Positions 36,240 to 41,810 of a stretch of 41,810 bases of DNA are shown here, piece by piece. Source of the DNA: Octopus bimaculoides (lineage: Eukaryota); the NCBI RefSeq assembly GCF_001194135.2, contig NC_068982.1:142946753-142988562 (forward strand), written 5' to 3'. Position 1 is the first letter of the stretch. Every line of letters starts with the position of its first letter. Under the pieces are notes generated by a model. It made no database searches. It was not told the DNA's origin and saw nothing but the letters and a program-made list of their open reading frames with translations. A program made the position numbers and the translations under genes.

Positions 36240-36305
36240 TGTTGCTCCTCCTCCTCCTCCTCTTACTACTAATACTAATACTATTACTACTACTACTACA
36301 GCAAC
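36240..36305. repeat. (CTC)n/(CTA)n triplet low-complexity tract
   Basis: Direct reading; explains the poly-Leu ORF 36182-36382. Confidence 0.85.
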
Positions 36306-37704
36306 AACCATCAATTACTGAGACAGGTTGCTGCGATTGCTGTGGCTGCTGCCTCAGTTACGATTGCTACTATTATCTTTAATATGAGTTTACGTTTATT
36401 TCTAGATTCAGAATGAAATACTTCTGTATTTAAAAAAAAATCATGTTTGATTGAATAATTTCTTGTTTCGTTATCCATTTCCACATGAAACAATTGATCT
36501 TCAAATCAATTGTCTGTAAATAATGTGAAGAGGTCAAACGTGAAAGAAACCTTAGAAAATTACAGCGGAACCGCTTCAGATTAAAATAATTACACAGTAA
36601 AATGCATCTGGAAGATTATTTCTGTGGATCACAAAGTACGAAATTACGTAAAACAGATACTTCCCTATTTTTCTCTTCTTTCTTGTGTGAGACAAGATTT
36701 ATTTTCCTCCACAGTTCTGATTCTTTGAAGTTACATAACAGTTATGACCACTCGGTATTTGAAGAAATTACTAAATGTCTTTCTCATTCTTTTTCTTTCG
36801 TTTATTTGTTGTTCTCTTTTCTTCTTTTTATTCTACAGTAAAATTTTTGTCATTAGTCAATTCCAACCATAATATTTTTTTCACTCAATGAGCTAAATCT
36901 CTGCATGAGAAATTTTATTTTACTATTTTATTCAATATTCTCCTGGTATTATTTCCAGTTTAATCAATTTGATTACTGACCCAATAAAAAAAGATTCATC
37001 AATATTGAACAAAAACCTAAATTACCCATTACACCAACTGCATTGAGTCTGTGAAAAGGACAATCTGGAGTAGATTCAGATGTCTCTTCGTCACACTTTT
37101 AAGACCTAGAAGAGACGAGTAAAATGTCTGTCATCATTGAGGATGTAGCTTGCACTATATACATCATATTATAACTATATTTGAAAATCTGTAGAAATAT
37201 TTATTTATTGGCCAATACTATACCTCCGTACAAGTAAAGTTAATTACACAAGATTTGGGATATATTTCTTGATAGAAGCAAATTAACAGGGCTATTGAAC
37301 CCTTTCTTTGACTCAGCGTTAATCGCAATTATCTCTGGATTTTGGAGGTGGTGATGGAGCCTTCACATGGTCGCATGGCTTGCTAGTATAAGCAACTAAA
37401 TCTTTTATAAATTTCACATTCACCTTTAGATAAGCACTAAATAATCCACTCGTAGATTAACAATTCATAAAATGCTAGTCAATATGGGTTCAGCGCAATA
37501 CATTCAACTTCCTGAGAACGAGAGTAGGACCATCAAAATTTGCTTTGGTCAGATGGCGTTTCAAGATGAACCTTACCACTTGTGAATGTGGGGGAGAAAC
37601 TATTTTCTGGAGAAGTGTCTTGTCTTCTCTCTACTACCCATTGTCTGCCGCAGGAAAGAAATTACGGAGTTGAATTAAAAGTGAAAAGAACACTGTAAAG
37701 GAAT

Positions 37705-38128
37705 GGGAATAGCCGGGACGTGAAGTAGCTCGCTTCACAAACAACTGATTTAGAGTGGAGTTTCATTGTGTGGTACCGGCAGCAAGTGCATTCTATAAGA
37801 GCTCCGGGCCGACCAATGTTCTGTGAGTGAATTTGGTAGATAGAAATTGTATGGAAGATCATCGCATGTGTATGTATATATGAGGGCTTGTGTGTGTATG
37901 TGTGTGCGTACGTGTGTGTGTGTGTTTGTTTGCCTTACCTCTTGGCAACGCTTCTTGGTTTATCTACCTCCCTGTAACTTTAGCAGTTCAGCAAAAGAGA
38001 CCAATAAAATAAGTACTACACTCAGACTATAAGTACGGGGGTTGATTTAATTCAACTAAAATCTCCAATTCCGTACCCCAGAATGGTTGCTTTCCAATAA
38101 CTAGAACAAACAAGTAAAGCATAAAAAG
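37705..38128 (+). mobile_element. Diverged SINE family A copy
   Basis: gggccgaccaatgttctgtgagtgaatttggtagatagaaa...(TG)n...ctgtaactttagcagttcagcaaaagagaccaat...aacaagtaaagcataaaa. Confidence 0.75.
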
Positions 38129-39621
38129 ATATAGCCATTACGCTTTGAAGAATCTATAGAATCCAGGAATGTGCTTGCTAGATCTGTTCAATGCTACACC
38201 AACAAGCGCTAAGCGGGTAATTCAAAACTTACATATCCGGCTGATTCAAATATGCAAAATGAATATTTCAGTTTTTTTCTCCTTCTTCTCCATATATACT
38301 AATATATTTAATACTCGAAATTGCCAAAATCAATAAAACGCACCAGCGTTAAAAGCTTTCCTCAAGTTAAACATCTCATTTAAATCTATTACTCAATGGA
38401 TAATATAATCCATATTATAAGAAATTTACAATAAAATATTGATGGCCATTGCTAATGTGTAGAAATGTGTTTCGATGAAAGCGAGACAATAGTAATTTTA
38501 ATATTTCATTCTATTATACGGCGCCAAGCAAAATCTGAAAGAAAAGACATAATTATTTTATTGGTGGACAAGAGCGAAAATAAATATTAATGCACCAATG
38601 TGACTACATATATTTTCAACAATAAAAAATGATATGCGATAAACGAGTGAGAGAGATAATATCTCGTATAAATCTTTAATGTCCTAATAGAATTATAATC
38701 TTAATAAATGTTAGCTACCTGGATACAAATAACAATCAAATTACGTTTAATGCAAAACAAATAATAAAAAGAAAAAAAAGCAGCTGAGAAAACGCGAAAT
38801 ATACAAAGCTATTAACTTCAGGCCATTATTTCTATTGTTAATATTATTTTCATAGCAAATAAATGGTGAAGACGATGGCTGCTGTGTCTTTTCCGACACA
38901 AAGAGGCTTAGGAACAGTTCTCATCCGCATGTTCTGTAATGTTAAAGCGATGAGTGTTGAGAAAACACTTGTCTTTCATCAGTTATTTCCCTTATCCCGG
39001 GGATGGATACAATATTGTTCCAAACTTACAATCCCCCCTAAATATAGCGTGCTAGTCTACTCCTCAGCACTTACAAAAGCAATGTTTCACCTAACTGCAC
39101 ATAGGCGCGCTTAGGCAAGGAGACCAGCAAATGAAATTAACCTTATTCTGTACATTAATTTGATTTGTCAATCTTACAAAACACCAGACATTCTTACATC
39201 CCAGCCGCTGATAACAGTATAACATTGCCCATCACTTCAGGATTTAGTAGATGTAATGGTGGACTTAGGTGCACAAAGATGTCCTTAGCGGAATAGGGTA
39301 GGAAATAAGCCTTCATTGGTTTATAAAGTTTCACACTCATTTTGTTGCCTGCTCTGTTGATCAAATAATCACCATACAAAATCAAATTTCACTTAACTTT
39401 GATTCTAAATGTAATTAGAGCCAGGATTGATTTTAGATTTCATGATTTGTAATTGATAAAAAAAAGCTCTTTTGTTTTAAAAATTCAATGGTAACCTTAC
39501 ATTCAATTAGTGAATGACTGGTTACTACCCATGCAAACTAAACTTAACCATATCCAATTACTATCATAGTTTCTGGTTGGTCGAATGAATTGGGGGGCCT
39601 TCATTCATTCTTTAATGCTTT

Positions 39622-39890
39622 TAGGTGTGACCGTGTGGTAAGAAGCTTGCTTCCCAACCATAGGTTTCCGGATTCTTCTACTACAATTTTTCCCCCACCA
39701 CCACTTGGCAACAGGTGTTTGCGTGTTTGCGGTTCCCGTAACCTAGCGATTCTGCAAAGTGATCGATAGAATGAATACCAGGTTTATAAAAAAAAATGAA
39801 CTGGTATCGATTCATTCGGCTATAAATACTTCAATGCGGTGCCCCAGCATGGCCACTGTGCAAAGCCTGAAAGAAGAGAAGCAAAAATAC
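39622..39890 (+). mobile_element. SINE family A with a large internal deletion
   Basis: Head gtgtggtaagaagcttgcttcccaacca joins almost directly to the 3' half cccgtaacctagcg...gcggtgccccagcatggccac. Confidence 0.8.
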
Positions 39891-41810
39891 TAAAAGATAC
39901 ACTGACATAAACCGGACAGGATTTCATCCCATAGAAATCCTGCCAGCCTAGAGAATCCATACAAGAAATTCAATCTTGTTCGGGCCTGAAGAATATCATA
40001 TACGAATCCAAGCACCAAAAGTTAAAACTGATGGAATTATAATCATTAATAATAATTTCCTACGTTGATAAATCATGATACTTTTAGCGCCAACGTATAT
40101 AGTTCTTGGAAACGAACACGTATTAGTTTTCTGTATAGGCTGATCTGTATAGATAGAACACATTTGGTAACGGCATTATCTGCACTAGAATTTCAAAGAA
40201 TGATATTGAATATTACTAGGAATTTATGTCAGCACTCTAGATATTTGCTTCAATAGATTCTATGAAGCATTGAAATGCTAAGTGAACGAAACACGAACAT
40301 TTACTCATGTAATATCGTTTTAAATGTTCATTGCGTATATTTGTGAACAATTATATTAATGTGTGTGTGTGTATGTGTGCGTGTGTGTATGTATACCCCC
40401 CCATATATATATATATATANNNNNNNNNNNNNNNNNNNNNNNNNNNNNNNNNNNNNNNNNNNNNNNNNTTCTATTGGATCGGCAATGCAAAGATGCAATG
40501 ATGCAATGATTGTGCTGATTCTAAGGGAAGATGAAAGTAAATTAGCAAAGGATTTGAATTCAAAATTATGTGAGCCAAAATTCATGACCCTACCATTCGC
40601 TGTACTTTCATTTATTTAGTTTCTTGTATAAAATAATTAAGGTATATTAAATATAAATTCCAAGAAAATAAAACATTCACAATTTTTTTTTTTTTTAATC
40701 AATACCGAAATAATCCTAAAGCTATGAACTGACGTCTTAGGTTCAGTGAAAATAATATGTTTGATTCTTGATAGATAGATATCTGTAAATTAGCATTCGT
40801 AATCGGCATAAGTAAGAAACCAGTTGGACAGCAGTCTCGTTTCACAATACAACACAACAAGACAGATATTTATCTGTTACACTTTATCCAGTAAGACAGG
40901 CGCCTAAAGGTAAAAGAAATTTCATCTATGCAAAACTTTTCAACTTTTCAAAGTTTAAAACTTTGCATAAAAGTTAGTTTTCTCTAATAAGCGTTGTCTA
41001 GTTAATTACAGTTTTCTACAGCTATATCCACTTACGTACATCGATAGTTTGATCAATTAAGTTGTTTTATATACGACTTTTTGGTCGTGTCAGAACTTTT
41101 GGTATTTTTCTTGCGCTAGAAAAGAAAAATTAAAAAGAAACCAAGTATAATTAACAGAAATCACAACAAAAAATACTTAAAGGAAGCAGTTACGCAGGAC
41201 AAGAACTGACAAAAACAGAATGGAAGCGAGTTTATAATATAAAAAAAACCAACACAATTTACGAAAAAATGACTAATAGCTGACAGCTGTTATTATTTTT
41301 TTTTTATTATTCAATATAAAAGAAAACTCACGCACACGCGCTAATATAAATCCAGATTAGTTTAATAGGGAATATTTTTCCTAAAATAGAACTTTTATGC
41401 GATTCTTTTCATGCAAGTGAAAACAAGACTTCAGTATTTTATAATTCTATGCACAAAAATACTCCTTTCTTTGAATATGCTCTTAGTATTATATTATTTA
41501 CGAGAATTAGAAACATACAAAAGAGATATTGTTACGACTGACATTAGAATGATAGACGAGATATATTGTTGTTCATAATAAATAACTGTGGTGAACATTT
41601 TGGTAAAGCAGACTCAAACATTCGGCCAACTGATCTTGCAACCCTGTTTCCGTTCCAACGAATATTTTTTTTTTTCTGAGTTAATCATATGTGAAGGGCC
41701 AGACTTGGTAATTTTAAAAACATTCTTTGGCTTCGAATTTTGCAACCCAGTTTCCGTTTCAGCGTATAAACTACTTTACATTTTTTCTTTGTTTGTTTGT
41801 TTATCATAGG

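Overview
AT-rich eukaryotic non-coding DNA with many microsatellites and 12 N-gaps. It is most likely an intron or intergenic region of a cephalopod (Octopus-like) short-read assembly; the taxon is inferred from remembered SINE sequences, not from a search. No host protein-coding exon, tRNA or rRNA gene can be supported, and most listed ORFs are microsatellite or gap artefacts. The recognisable content is decayed mobile DNA: three tRNA-derived SINE families (called A, B and C here), one Deu/Nin-like SINE, three CR1/L2-group LINE 3' ends sharing a ~50-nt tail with SINE A, an RTE fragment, an RLE-type non-LTR 3' end, two clear and one probable Penelope-like (GIY-YIG) remnant, and a hAT MITE. The leads most worth testing are the SINE A/LINE tail partnership, three hammerhead-ribozyme-like motifs, a same-strand array of TGAYGYAAT (ATF/C-EBP-type) motifs split by a SINE, a head-to-head SINE palindrome, and two CpG-rich islands that may be regulatory or exonic.
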